Below, in pieces: positions 1 through 13,500 of a DNA stretch of 64,000 nucleotides. Source of the DNA: Iphione sp. A-MEVVRFRX5 (lineage: Eukaryota); the NCBI GenBank assembly GCA_976226885.1, contig OZ320313.1:144956001-145020000 (forward strand), in the 5' to 3' direction. The notes under the pieces are model-generated. The model made no database searches, was not told the origin of the DNA, and worked only from the letters and a program-made list of their open reading frames with translations. How positions within the stretch are numbered: the stretch's first letter is position 1; the number at the start of each line of letters is the position of its first letter. The position numbers and the translations under genes were made by a program.

Positions 1-811
1 GACCCGGAATGGCGCCCGGCTCGAACGACACGCCACCAAGGGTGGTGGTGGCCAGCCACCCGTTGTTTTTCCTCTGCGCCTTCGGCATGGTGTTTGGGGG
101 TCTAGCGGATATGGGCGGTTACAAAGCGGGCGCTACGAGTCTTCAGGATTGTCTCTGTAACGCATGGCGAGTTTGCTTCCTGCGGCTAAAACGGATGCGA
201 ACGGATGCGGGATCCACCAGGGACGAGGAAGCTGGGCCGACCGACGAACGGGGAGGAGGCGCCCAGGCCGGGGCGAGATGCCCCTCTCCGAGCCCTTCGT
301 CCATCGCCGAGGAGGTAAGCGCCGAGACAGTGCTGGAAGATCTCCACACACCCCTTGTCAAGTCGACGGCCAACTCCAGGGTACGTAGGTACTGGAGTGA
401 CAGGCACGCCCCACTTCTCAGGTAAGATCTATCGTGGAACAGAGCGTAAGATTTTTTTAAAGCACTGTCTGTATACGCACCTAGGCAGAAAATACCATAG
501 GCAAGCTACAGCAAGCGATAAGCTTGTACATGTACATAATTATATAATGCATATTGTACACGTAGCGATCAACGAGAGAAAATAGATCGTAACAACGGAT
601 CTTTCTACACTTGAAAGAAATACACGCAATTATATGAATCGTAAGTGGTGTTTAAGACGTAAATAGCTGCTTTGCTTTACATCCATATATCAACGGTTTA
701 CCTCAAAGGGAAGTGAACTCTCAGTGTTGTCTATGAGATACAGTCGTATAACGTCGCTTCAAAGATCTCTAGCCTCGCAAACTGCGCATTCACGTAAGAT
801 AAAAATCATGC

Positions 812-831
812 TTTTTTTTTTTTTTTTTTTT
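812..831. repeat. Poly-T run (20 nt)
   Basis: Direct reading. Confidence 0.95.
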
Positions 832-3800
832 ACATAGATGCATCTAAGAGCTAGCTTATTATTGTCATCGATATCGCACCGAATAAACCCGGGTATCAAT
901 AAAATTCTAGGATTCACTGCAGTTAGCAAAATTGGCAATTTCATAGGACTAGCTACTAAACATTAAGTTGATGAAGGAGACATTGAGGCTATTGTATCCC
1001 CATTTAATAAGAAGCCTATCAGGTGTCAAATGCCAACGGGATTCAGTCTTTTTTTGTGATGCCAATAGTTGTCCAGTACGATAAGACCAATTTATTTTTC
1101 ATTACAAAAAATTTGTGATACTGCTCATAACGGCTGTTTCCATATTAACGGAATAACCTTTGTCAAGCTAACCGTACTTGATTTAATCAGACGGATAGAA
1201 GTTGAAAGTCAAAAACAAGCCTGTTTGAGTTCAATCGAGCGTTGAATTTTTTTCTTTACATCGGAGTACACTGCAACAGCTGAGTCTGCTCGGGAGCAAT
1301 CTATACTAATAAAATCGTATGGTCATATAAAGGAAAGACCACATACTAAAAGGTCTTTGTATAAGGTGTAGAAAATCATTTCTGGTGTTACTGACCGCTT
1401 AAGCCCAAACAAAAAATATCGGTTTCCGATGACCCGCCTCCCTCGGATTTTTCTCTCAAGGAACTTATTTTGATTGCTTTGCCAATATTTTGCACACGAA
1501 TAAAGCCAGCGACGTTTTCGATACACCATTTTCCCCCTTAAGTGATTAGCTTTCACATGATATTATTGTCATTGAAGTAGTAGTAGTAATATTCCAAGCA
1601 ACAGAACTGGGAATGTCAGGCTGAGAGGATACTATCTAGCTTTTTCAGGTTCCATTAATAATGAAAAAGACACCTACTGGCCCTATATTTTGCAATATGT
1701 TACTGGATTCACTATTTATTTAGGCCTTAATAAAGTGAACCATCATATTTTATCCTCACTCATCTCATTACTAGTAATGTTTAATATTTCATGATAAATT
1801 ATACGTGGAAAGGGAAACAGCTTTTACTTTCGCCATAAGCGTTACATTGCTTAACCCAATTCATGCTGAGCCAGGCATTGCAAACTGTGGTCATTTCATA
1901 AAATATGTAGCTGTGGCCAATAAGCCCATGTTCTCGTTCCAGTTACAACAACATCCCTAACAAGATCCAGGCAGTCCCCTTGGCCTGTTTTCTATTAAAA
2001 ACTTCTCCCGTCTAGCCTGAACACTGACCCAGTGGGCGTGGCCGCCATAGAGCCTGTGGGCAGCAATGAGAAGCACGGTAGGATCAATATAAGAGGACAT
2101 TGCCTGATATCCTGGCAGATTTCCCGTAGAATCCTTAATGCAGATGTCTACCAAGGAGGTTTCTACCCTCTGAATTTTTCCGACGGAATGCCTACGTACA
2201 ATTAAGATAACTCAAGCAGAAGTTTTAGTTGTGAGGTATAAGAGCAATTCTTTTTTTGTATCTTTGTTACAAAGATACAGGCTCATAGGAATATTTTCGT
2301 CCCATTACTGTAGATGAAATATATTCGGCCTGGTAGGCCTGTACTCTTGTCGGTCTCATCTCTGGCGGTTTCATCACAATTCCATATTAAACATGGGGCA
2401 AAAATACAGAAACATCAAACTGCCTCCCTTCAAGGAGACGAACAATGGTGGTTGTTGGCAACATTTATAAGAAGACATCTGTTATAATCAATAAGGCCTC
2501 AGTTCTCATCTTTCCTTCGTAAAAATAAGTGACGGGCGATGTGGCACTAGAAGTCCTAGAAATTGCTAGTGGCCCGCTGGTATCGAGCTCAGCAGACGCT
2601 ACTAGCGAGCCGGATCATGTAATAAATTAGCTCTCTGCAAGCACACCATAATCGCAGTCTTGCTCACACCATCAAAGCGTAGCACTAGCACACCACGTGT
2701 ATATATATGTATGTATTCCTGTCCACTGTCTATTTGATTGACGTATAGAAATCACCGCTGAAATTTATACGGATTATAGTAGTGCCAACAATCAAAGACA
2801 TAATTATATGTATGTGTTATTTTCTAAAGTGTTTTTGAAATTTTGTCTTCTGCATTATATCGAAATTGCGAATAAATGTAGGCACAGTGCAGCACAAATT
2901 TGCATGTCCAACCTCCAGCGACGGATCAATCCCAATAAGTTATCTAAGAAATCTTAACAGAATCTAACCTTAGTCACGTTGACATTTCATTTGTGGATAA
3001 CCAGTCCGTCATTTGGTTCGACATGCACTGCTGGTGGTGTGTACGTTAAATCCCCTTGCAAAGGAGCGGAGAGAGGAAATTTCCAGACCCTTTGCGGATA
3101 GATTCTCTTTCACGACAATCTCCAGACTGTTGCTGACACTGCGTAAGTAATGAATCATGTTCATCATAAACATTACTGCAGTCATTTAAAGCAGCAGGTC
3201 TAAAGATTCCAGCGTCTAAGTCCACAGCGGTAGAATGTGGCCTGCTACAGGAAGCGTTTGTTTTCGTTGATTGTTATCGAAAAATATTCATTGCATTGGC
3301 AGAGCAATTTATTCATAGAAAAGTGATTTATTTAGCAAGAACACCTATGTTAACACAGGTTTGATGAGTATTCATATATGTACATAGATTTGTATAATGA
3401 ATATGTTGTGATTTGCGTTAACCAATGAACATAAACTGATTTTGAACCGGAAAAGCGTTAAGTAAATACCATGCCGATCTTCATTTTATCATTCTGACCA
3501 CATATCAATATAGCAAGAAATCTTTACGGTGTGAAACGGTGTCAAGTGCTTTCAACCCGTCGTATTTACTTGGAAAAAAGTACGTTATGTTGTTTCATTT
3601 TTTTAACTTAACAAAGAAAAGGCTGCACTAGAAGTGCGCTCCTACTTTTTCCAGAATTGCGCACTACCCGAACTGCTTAAAGGGTGGAGCTGTGAGAGCG
3701 GTGGCCGGTGCGTGTCGACAAGCGCTAGTTGCCACAACATCAGGCACTTTGATGAATTTAATTGAGACATTAGGGATGGCACATTTAACAGAATTACCCG

Positions 3801-5839
3801 GTCCCAAATACATTACTTGTTGTCGTCTAGAAGTCCTTACCGGTTTATGAGCATAATTTATCGCTCTGCCTACACGAGTAGTGAAGGGTGGGCCTCATTG
3901 CTTTCAGGAATTAACCTCGGATCTAAGGGGCCCCTTGATTGAAATTTATACCTTTTCTCTAGATAGCGTACTTAACAATAAAGGGCCTTCTGTTCACTCG
4001 AAAACCTCCTTAATCACCCACGTCGTCACTGACATTACTTCTAAAGTTAAGCATATTTTGTTTGGATTGACGCGATTCGATTCTGCAGAGCCTCGGTGGG
4101 TGTCTAATACAAAGGTCGCCAGGTCATGTTGCTGACTGTCATCTGTCATCAACGTCCTTCTTTTATTATTATGGCGCAATAAACATCCGTTCATCTCATG
4201 TTTATTTGTACTGAACTCCTTCGGCCACATAATGCACGCGAAGGGGCATGCACACGAACGAATCTATATTTAGTCTCACTTATCCCTCCACCAAAAGTGT
4301 AAAGCTGTACACTATAAACAAGGGAATCTTACGCCATCCTTTTAGGCTGAAGGATCGTGATGCGATTTAGTCTGTATAGTGAAATGTACCATAAGCCTGA
4401 CAACGTGGGGCTTAAATATTCCTGAGAACCTTTCATTTAGACCACTACATATTCAAGGCATATGCTGTTTGTTAGGGGAGATGGTTGTTACAGAGAGGCT
4501 AGGTTTACTAAATTCAACTAAAGCTACTTTCACTATGCCCTGCTCTTCTTAGGAGGTGGTTGTAGTAGACAGGTGGTGGTTTATAGCGTTTTCATTGTAT
4601 ATTTATTTGCGCAGGTATTTTAAAGATACACATCTACTCTCAGATGGTTTGGGAACATATAGGTCGTCAACAATTCAATGCATGGTGTGGATTAGTTCAT
4701 CGGTTAACCCTTCTTGGTTAGGTGATCATAACCCTGTTACTAAACTTTAACCCTTCACAGTTTTCTCGTCAGTAGACAGTATTCTAATGGCGCTGTAATA
4801 ACACCATTAACAAGGATATTTACTTTATACCCGAGTAGAAGGTTGAAATGTGTGCGTGTCTTCTCCTGCAGGACTGCTGGCCGTGCACATTTGCCATCTC
4901 GAAATTCGAGATGGATGAGAACTTGATGTCACGTGATTTGCTTGCGTGAGAATTTATTTTTGTATCTACATAGTGATTTTCGTTGTAATCTAACGAAATA
5001 TTTGTGCCTGTCCCTCCATGTATTAAATGAAAAATCTAGGCATTAAACCACAAATGTAGTGCTTGGCTAGAGGGATTAATGTACGTATATATATATGTAT
5101 ATTATTTTTATGTATATATTTATAAATGTATATTAATGTCTATATGCACGTTGTCCTGTGTGCGTGTATCTATTCAAATGTATGTGAGACTGCTTATAAT
5201 ATCTCTGAGTTTAGACATAGTTCGGGTAAAGGTGTGTAGTGTTTGTTGATCCTTTTTATCTTCTGAATAGACGACATTGTTCAAAATGTTTATATCTCCC
5301 CTGTACATGTACTTTCGGTGTATCTTCTACGTTTGCATTTCCTCTTTTCATGTACGTCTATGCAACAAGGAACTTGATCCTTTCTCCGTCCATGCCCAGA
5401 TTACGCATGTCACAAATACTTTATTTTTGTTTCTTTATTTTTCCTTATAATTATATACATTTTCTCAGGCGTGTCTAGGTAATTAGACTCTGATGAGTAT
5501 GTAAAATGTGGTATGATAGATGACACTATGTACACTACATACAGAAATTGTTTATGAATGAATAGATGGGCTTTGAGTGGTGTCGATAGTCTGTGACCTA
5601 TTATTATAACATGAGTGTAATATCACTATATATGAGCTGTTACTGAAGTTCTAGTCTTCTCTTTACCTTGTATAACTAGTTTTACATGTCCATAGACGTC
5701 GTCCAATGGGCAATTGGTGATGACCAACTAGACATCGCCCAGATTGGTCCTTAGTCTATATAGTTCCTGTAAATGGAAAATCACTGTCTAAACGTTGCCC
5801 AAGACAGTTTCTCAGTTCCTAGAATATCCTACCTTTTCA

Positions 5840-6890
5840 CTAGGGCTTTGCACTTGCCCTTGAAGAAGCCTTGTCATAGTCCATTATTTCTTTTAATACA
5901 GCATTCCAGAGTTTGCTACCGGAGTAGTGCACCCTACTTTTGAAAGATACAAGGTTTGGCCTATCTACTTTAAAAATTGGTTTTACCTCGTTCCTCGTTC
6001 TTCCTGAAAGGGTTTGTACAGTTTTACCATCTAGGTGTCTTATATGCATTATACTTAGCAGTTTTAATTTATTTCTCTACTATAAGGTTGGGATATTGTA
6101 TACCCGTTTGGCATCACTGCTTCTCGTGTAACTGAAGAACACACTTCTCCGGACTTTATTTGTGATTTATTTATTTGTTGGAAATTGTTTGATCGTTCCT
6201 GAGTAAGTAATACAAGGCAGTACTCTACTAGTGGTATGATCATGGTTTTTACGAGCAGTATTCCATCTTGTGGACATTTCAACCAGCGTATGCATCTGAA
6301 GTAATACATTTTGTGACCCACATTCTTAGATATTTGGTCTACATGGACATTTATATTGAGACCACAATCAATAGTAACACCCAAGTATTTGTAGACAAGT
6401 ACATTGTCCAATGTTGCGTTTTGTAAGGTCATACTTGGTGGGTTCTTTATAAGAAACCTGTACCGGAACTACATAATTTACTCTTGCTAGTGTTTATCTG
6501 AATTCTGTTTTCGTTATTCCAGATGACAATTCTGTTTATGTCTTCTTAAAGTTTTGACCTTACTTGTTTAATCGACATACCAGTGATCACGAGAACCATG
6601 TCATCCGCATAAAGCGTACTGTTAGATTGCTTTACTACCTTCACTACAGGGTCTATGAATAATTTGAAAAGTAGGGGACCCAAAATGGACCCCTGCGGAA
6701 CTAAGTGATTAGCCTTTTACTATAGATTGACCATTTGCTTTCGTTTGCTGTGACCTATTGTTCATGTAGCTCATGAACCATGATATGTTATTTTACTATT
6801 CAGAGGTTATATAACCTCTCAATTATTACTTCATGATTAATAGAAGCGAAAGCCTTTCGAAAATCTATGTATACACAGGCTAATTGTTAT
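5840..6890 (-). mobile_element. CR1/L2-like non-LTR retrotransposon, decayed RT and C-terminus
   Basis: Minus-strand motifs DFRKAF (~6849-6865), WFMSYMNNRSQ, VPQGSILGPLLF (~6673-6701), LYADD (~6600-6614), YKYLGVTID, SGSKLWNAV. Confidence 0.88.
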
Positions 6891-7058
6891 TGATTAACTT
6901 CTTTGACTTGAAGAAAAATATTTTCCCCGCACATACAGTTAAACCTCACTATTCCAACAATCATTGGTTCCAGGTGAATATGCCTGCAATAGTGAGGGTG
7001 GTGGAATAGAGAGAAAGCTATAGTTTACTTGTATTTTACTCATTTTTGTATGGGGAAA

Positions 7059-7195
7059 GGTGTCAGGACATCAGAGACGATGGTGAGAGGATGGTATTTG
7101 TGCAAGGAGAGGTGTCAGGACATCAGTGAGGATGGTGAGAAGATGGTATTTGTGCAAGGAGTGGTGTCAGGACATCACAGAGGACGGCGATAGGA
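7059..7195. repeat. Minisatellite, 52-bp unit, ~2.6 copies
   Basis: ggtgtcaggacatca starts at 7059, 7111 and 7163. Confidence 0.9.
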
Positions 7196-7432
7196 CTGGA
7201 ATCAGGTGTTGCAATGTGAGGGATCCCTCTTTCACCTTAGCCTTATGCCTGGAATACTCAGGGAATTATGTATAGAAATATAGAGGAATCTATACTGTTC
7301 CAAGCAGTCGTGTCTGGAATAGCAAGGGTACTAGAATAGTGAGGTTCTATTGTAGTTGTCTGCGGCTCTTTGCTTCTATAACAGACACATGGACATTCGG
7401 CCTTAATAGTAATGCACATGTAGTTCATATGC

Positions 7433-7435
<3 letters not shown>

Positions 7436-7482
<47 letters not shown>
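7436..7482. repeat. (CAT)n microsatellite
   Basis: Direct reading. Confidence 0.97.
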
Positions 7483-7483
<1 letters not shown>

Positions 7484-9834
7484 GATGTGGATATTGATTT
7501 GAACTATGGAAGTACACGATACCCTGAGTACGATAATAACAGGCCTTTTGTAAGAGTCTCCACCATCGTTTTCTTATTAGATCCACTAAATATATACGAC
7601 ACTAATAAATCACATCTTCTTTCAATGCAAGCTCCATTTGGCAGAGGAACAAAAGAGGGTGCCATACCGCTTATGGCCTGACGGTTGACCTTTTCTAAAA
7701 TAGGAGCTGAAAATGTTCCTTTAGTGGCGGTGCCAATACCTGACCTGATCGACAGAACGTATCATCTTTCTATCTTCGCTCTTCCATTGAGAATTGACTG
7801 GGGCGACCATCTATAACAAGATTGTCATTATTCACGCAAAAAAAATCGAAATTTATTCCTTCTCTGTGGAGACCAAACTGTTTTCGTATGAGCCACGCCT
7901 CCGACTTGGGCAAACGTTTTATTAATTTCTCTTATTACGCTCTTAATTCTAAGTAGCGCGCATGTAATTCTGTATTGCATTAATAGTTGAGGCTGTAGTC
8001 TCTTTCCTTAGGAATTTAAAGAGTTCTGCCTCGATTGGCTTAATAATCTTGGAACAATAACTGTCAGTGAATCATTTGAATCTTATAAGCAGCCACAGCT
8101 TTGACTAACGGAGGCCTAAATTCCAATACGCTCTGTGTCATGATATCCACATTTGTATGTATAATGGAAATTATCTTATCAAGACATACTTGGTGCTTTA
8201 CTGAACTGTCCCTAACTGAGGTGTGTCGTTATTAGAAACTTCTTCTAATATGTAGCAATTGCAATATATTCTTCTCAAAAGTGTCCCTATTAAAGACATG
8301 GCCCTGTGGGAGATGTTTCCATGACGAAGTCTCTAATAGGGATACCTCTGAATAAGAGACAGTTTGAAAAAGGACCAAAGGTCTCCTAATTAGAGCCTTT
8401 CTACGTTAAGTTGATGCGGGGGCGAGTATACCTTTCAGGTCAACCCGTAGAATCTTATAGAATCTAGTTATCATCACAAATACCACAATTCCTGAGACAG
8501 GTATCAGGCTTTACTGGTAACAAATGTCCACAATCTACATTGGATGCTCTGTTTTCGTACGTATCCAAGGGAAATCTGTACCCATTAATTTATATTCATG
8601 CAAATAACACGTTCGAATATTCCACAAAAAAACTGCAGCTAGACCATTTCCGTGAATTCCAACCCACGCAACACTATTGTCTGCGACAGATATGCACTGA
8701 ACCCTTCGCACAGTCGGCTTAAGTACCAGAATGGCCTCACCGTGCATCTAGCAACTTCAGCCTCCTAATGATGTCACTGGTCATGTGGTCAAATCACTTG
8801 TCCCACCCACCGCCTCTTATCTTCCTTTTGCAGGAGCTTCTGCCACCTCACGGCGCTTCGCAACGTGGTCAATCTGGTATTTTGTCTACGGTTTTGTCGT
8901 TGCGTTTACCACATAGTCTACGTATGTGTCTCTCCACTGTGAGACAGTAGATATATAAAGAACACGACGAGCAGATTCCAGATTGATATTGTTGGGAAAA
9001 AAACACATCCGAACTCTACGGCTGCTTTCCCCATCTCATGTGTTTGCTATATTCTTTGTAGTGTCTTTTCATCCATATGTTAAGCTATACAAATCAAACT
9101 TGAACGTGTTATTCCGGAATAACCTCGATGCGGGCTAAGGTGATTTTATCTCACACTTACCAATAAAAGCACGTATTCGTACTTCGAATCGACGATAATG
9201 TCTCTTGAACATAATATCTCCTAGGAGAACATGAGGCTTGATTAATGATGCACAGTTAATTTTAGTCAATCCTCGCTAATTCCAAGACTCAAAAGTTTGA
9301 ATCGGTTTTTTCAGACATATGGGGTAACTGTATACACGTACTTTCCATTGTGTGATAATGCAATCCTTCAAACGATTCAGTATACTGCAGAGGTGTGAAG
9401 TATCCAGTTTATGTAGCCATTTGAAGTAGGCCTACAATCATCCCTCTGTTGTTCGATCTGTTAGACATAGACATGTTCATCCGTATAGAGAACAGTACCA
9501 GATACAATACTGAAGAAATTAGAAAATATTCAAGGTAAGACTTCGTAACTAATCTTGATAATGAGCCAGCATGAACATTGGAGTCGGAATATGTAGGATC
9601 CGACTTCCTAAGCATAATATTCGAGGACGTGACCTGGCATCAAGACAATGTTCAGTTGAATATATCCAGAGCAACTCAGAATTAAAACCACCAAGTGGAC
9701 CAACCCTAACTGGGCGGCGTTGCTTCCTGAGTTGGTTATATTTCGAAGAAACCCAGTAGGACTACCTACAGGTGCCCTTAGTTCTCAGTTACCCCATTAG
9801 TCGAGTTGCCTACCGGGTGAGTTGCATACTGTAT

Positions 9835-10500
9835 GTGCATGCAATCAGATATTACATTAAAAAAATACTTTGTCCATGGTGCTGTTTTCCTTGTCCAGTG
9901 AAAAATATATACGAGGTAAAGGGAGACTATAGCCAGAAGTCCGCATTCAAGGAGAAATATTGCAGAATGTCACATTCTACAGGAATCTTAGTCTGCTGAT
10001 TGATTGCACGGTGTTATATGAAAAACAAGTCAATGATCTCATACGTAGAATGAGCCATAGGCTATATCATTTTAACAGAATCAAGAAATTATTAGGTCTA
10101 CAGGAAAATATATTTCCTGTAAAGACATTGCATACCAGTATTAGAGTATGGTCTCTGGCTCCATACTACTGGCCGCAGTCAAAACTTCCAAAGACTAACA
10201 ATGATCTACAATAAAGTGCTCAGACATGTGTTCATGCAGCAAGTGTAGATCTACCGAGGCGAGATTAAAGTGTAAGTTGCCTCTGTTATCCACCAAAATG
10301 GACATCAGACGACTGTCCATCATGCACAAACGAAACCAAGATAGTGAAACTGTAGACTCGATTGTCAGACGGACAAGGACTGACAATAAACCCCCAATTT
10401 AAATTAGACCAAACTATGAGAATTTCAAAAGGAGTATATTCTATGCAGGTGGTAAGCTATGGAACTCCTTACCAGAGGGGGTCACGACACTTGGGAAGAA
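9835..10500 (+). mobile_element. 5-prime-truncated CR1/L2-like LINE remnant
   Basis: QNVTFYRNLSLLIDC...HRLYHFNRIKK parallels the 6-kb copy; downstream YAGGKLWNSLPE; several stops and frameshifts. Confidence 0.7.
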
Positions 10501-13500
10501 GAAACTGGTGTCAAAGTACTTGAAGGCAATACAGCCATGCTAAATCACTGAGGAAATATACCTGAATAAGTGGCACAAATCCACTCTGTTCCATTCTGGG
10601 CGCTGTCTAAATGGAGCTAGTAGAGGTAATATACTATCCCCGGCTATATCTGGACAGAAATCCATTTAAGTCATTAATTCTAGTCCTTGTATTATTACTA
10701 CATTATAAAGGAACATATTTTAGGTGTTGTCAGATGAAAAGATTGAACTAGTATCATATGCATCTGTAAACAGGCAATATACATACGTGAAGTTGTACTA
10801 AGCCACTAATGCGCATGAGTTATACCAATGAACCATAGTATGAATCATCCTCACCATTGTATATACAAATCGTACCCATTACTTGTAAATATATCACACA
10901 GTATACTAAGGGCACATGAGACTGGACCTGAGAACAAGAACATATTGTATATCAGTATCAGGGAAAATGGAGTTATAAAAAAGCTTACTAGCATTGACGG
11001 AAGCTGTCTTGCCGTTAATACGGGCTAGGAAGCTTCGCTGATGGTTAAATGGGGGGGGGTTCTAATGTCCAAGGTCATTTCATCGATGTGGGACATGGAT
11101 GGCATTTATGAGTGTATAGCCTGTTGGGAAACTGACGCTTAATGTGCCTCCCCTGTCAAGCCCATCTCACCACTTTCGATTGCTAACGCCCACTCACACA
11201 CTCAATAAATGAGGATAGTCAGCACTAGGTCCCTCTGTTAGTAGGTAGTGACCGTGCGGGATTAGCCCCAAACCAACCTGGATAATCCTTTAATCTGTCA
11301 GGGCCGCCGCTATCTCTTAGTCTGCCGGAAAGCACAACATCCCTATCCGCCAGAAATGTCATGTACGCACACCGGAACCATGGAGTAGGGATTCAAGCTT
11401 TGGCAACGAAAGGGGTCGGCAAAGCATAGAAGGCCCGAGAAACCCTCTGGAACGTTGTCGACACAATCTGTCTTGGCGTTAGTAAATATTCATAGGGTTT
11501 TTTGCCCTCAGAAAGAACCCGCCGCAGGGAGTTCCTCTTCGTCGCGTCTGCATAGGCCTTTGAGTGTATCTGCTGGCGGATGGCAGCGTTGGGTGTGGTG
11601 ACAGAGGCTACATTGAGGATAGTAATACCGGGTTATTGGCCTTATGTGTACCGAGGTGACGTTAAGTTTGGGAACTCATAAGGCTCTTCAGTATAATCTC
11701 CTATGAATAACGCATGATCATCGTGGGCATCTAAAAGGATGGATCTTTTTTACGTCCTGTGTCCTCTGCATGGCTTCAGCCAGCATCCCGCTGAAAATCA
11801 CCCTGCTACGTTTTACCCCCGACTGGTTTACCATAACTTATGGTAAGCGTTATGATAGGTCTGTCCATAAATGCGTTCAGATGTGTTGCCGGAGCTAGGC
11901 CGAGGGGAAGAGAGACAAATGTGACATACTGCTCTCTTTAGGACGCCAGAGGGATTTTTCTGGCGTCCAAAATCAATACGGATGTATCTAGCCGGTGCCG
12001 AGTCAGCGAAATCCTGCTGTCTGGTAGGAGGGGTGCAGGCGCAAGTGTGCACCCTCCTAAATGTTTCATGCGATTACTGCACACATCCTCTATTGTCTTA
12101 CGATCAAAGCCCCTGTGGTGTCCTTATCGGTTCAGCGAGATGCTGAAACATTTGGAATGCTTTCCCACTCAAGCAAGTTCCCTTTTGGATGTTACTACGG
12201 TTGTGGCGGTCTGCAGTTGTGTATATTAAACGGAGTGCTTCGTAATGTAGCCTTGTCCCATCCGGAAGCCTGACAAATTTCCCTCGATCAAGTTGGCGCG
12301 ACCGTTTTTAGGATCTCTTCAAATCAGGCATTCTTCGGCCCTAAATTTAATACCCTCCCCAGACTGATCATGCAAACGTCATTACCAGTTCCATCAGGTA
12401 TCGGTTTCGACAGGTGTTGCAAGGTAGGCTGTCCAAACTCAGCGCCGAAAAGAAAGGTTCTCCTTCCCATTCGACTGTCACCGTCACCATTGCTGGCTAC
12501 TGCCGCTCAGACGCTTGTCCATTTCTCCTAATCTGGTACCACTGACAGCCTCAACCCCTACTCCCCTTTATAGAGGCGTACAGTGTATGCCGTTGGTTTT
12601 TGGACAGTAGATGCCTGCGGCTATCAATTGTTTAAAAGCGCTCCTTGTTCAGCTCCCATTTTGGCGCCTCACGCAGTAATTCGATAAAGATCAGGCCCCA
12701 AGGTGCACAGGATCGCACCGGCTCACAACGGCTCGACGCCCACGACAACAAAACCCTCTCAGGGTGGCTGAGGTTACAGAAACGTTGACTTCGAGTAGAC
12801 TCAGACTCACCGACCCCGTCCGTGTTAAATTCTCTTGGGTGCAGTAGATTTCCCGATCTATTTCAGTCTATTTTATTTATCTTTCAACTTCTACTCGGGA
12901 CACCCGTTTTGTTGCATAGAATACTGGTGCAGAACAATGAAAGGATCATTTTAAAAACCGTTCGATAGATTTTACAAGACAGTTACCTATCAATAGAATA
13001 AAAAATAAATATTGAATTTTCTGTATTGTTTTGATGGAACTATACTACTTCGGGTTTTTGTAACGTAAATGTCACTGCAGTTATTATTCCGTCTGTGCCA
13101 GTAACATATAAAAAGACTATTTTTTTCGTTTTTGGAAAACTTAAAACGGGACTTGAATGTCGAGTAAATCTCAGATAACTGCCCTTTCTCCCTTCATTTC
13201 ATTGTCTGTAATGTTATACGCCTTTTTCTTATTTATAATTTGTGTGTGTTTATTACTCGAGATGACCCCAAAGATTGTTTTAGGATTTGTTTTGACTAGA
13301 ACCATTACGAATAATGATCAAACACAACGCACCTCTGCTTTGACTGTAGCGTTTCAAGCTGGGTATACCTTCATGGTCCTTTCTTGTCCGTTACGTCTTC
13401 CAGTAACACACAAACGTTATTTATCTGAATGATTTTGACATCCATAGGCATAATCGGATATATTGGAAAATTGACATTTATCGGAGATTTTCTAAGTTAA

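Noticed and set aside
4894-4914. Palindrome catctcgaa-a-ttcgagatg inside an apparent exon (4872-4945)
   Set aside because: Isolated short inverted repeat; no supporting neighbouring exons or element ends.
11050-12830. GC-richer block possibly from a LINE 5-prime region/ORF1 on the minus strand
   Set aside because: Only vague protein-like fragments (e.g. KAYADATKR); no endonuclease, RT or terminal structure found.
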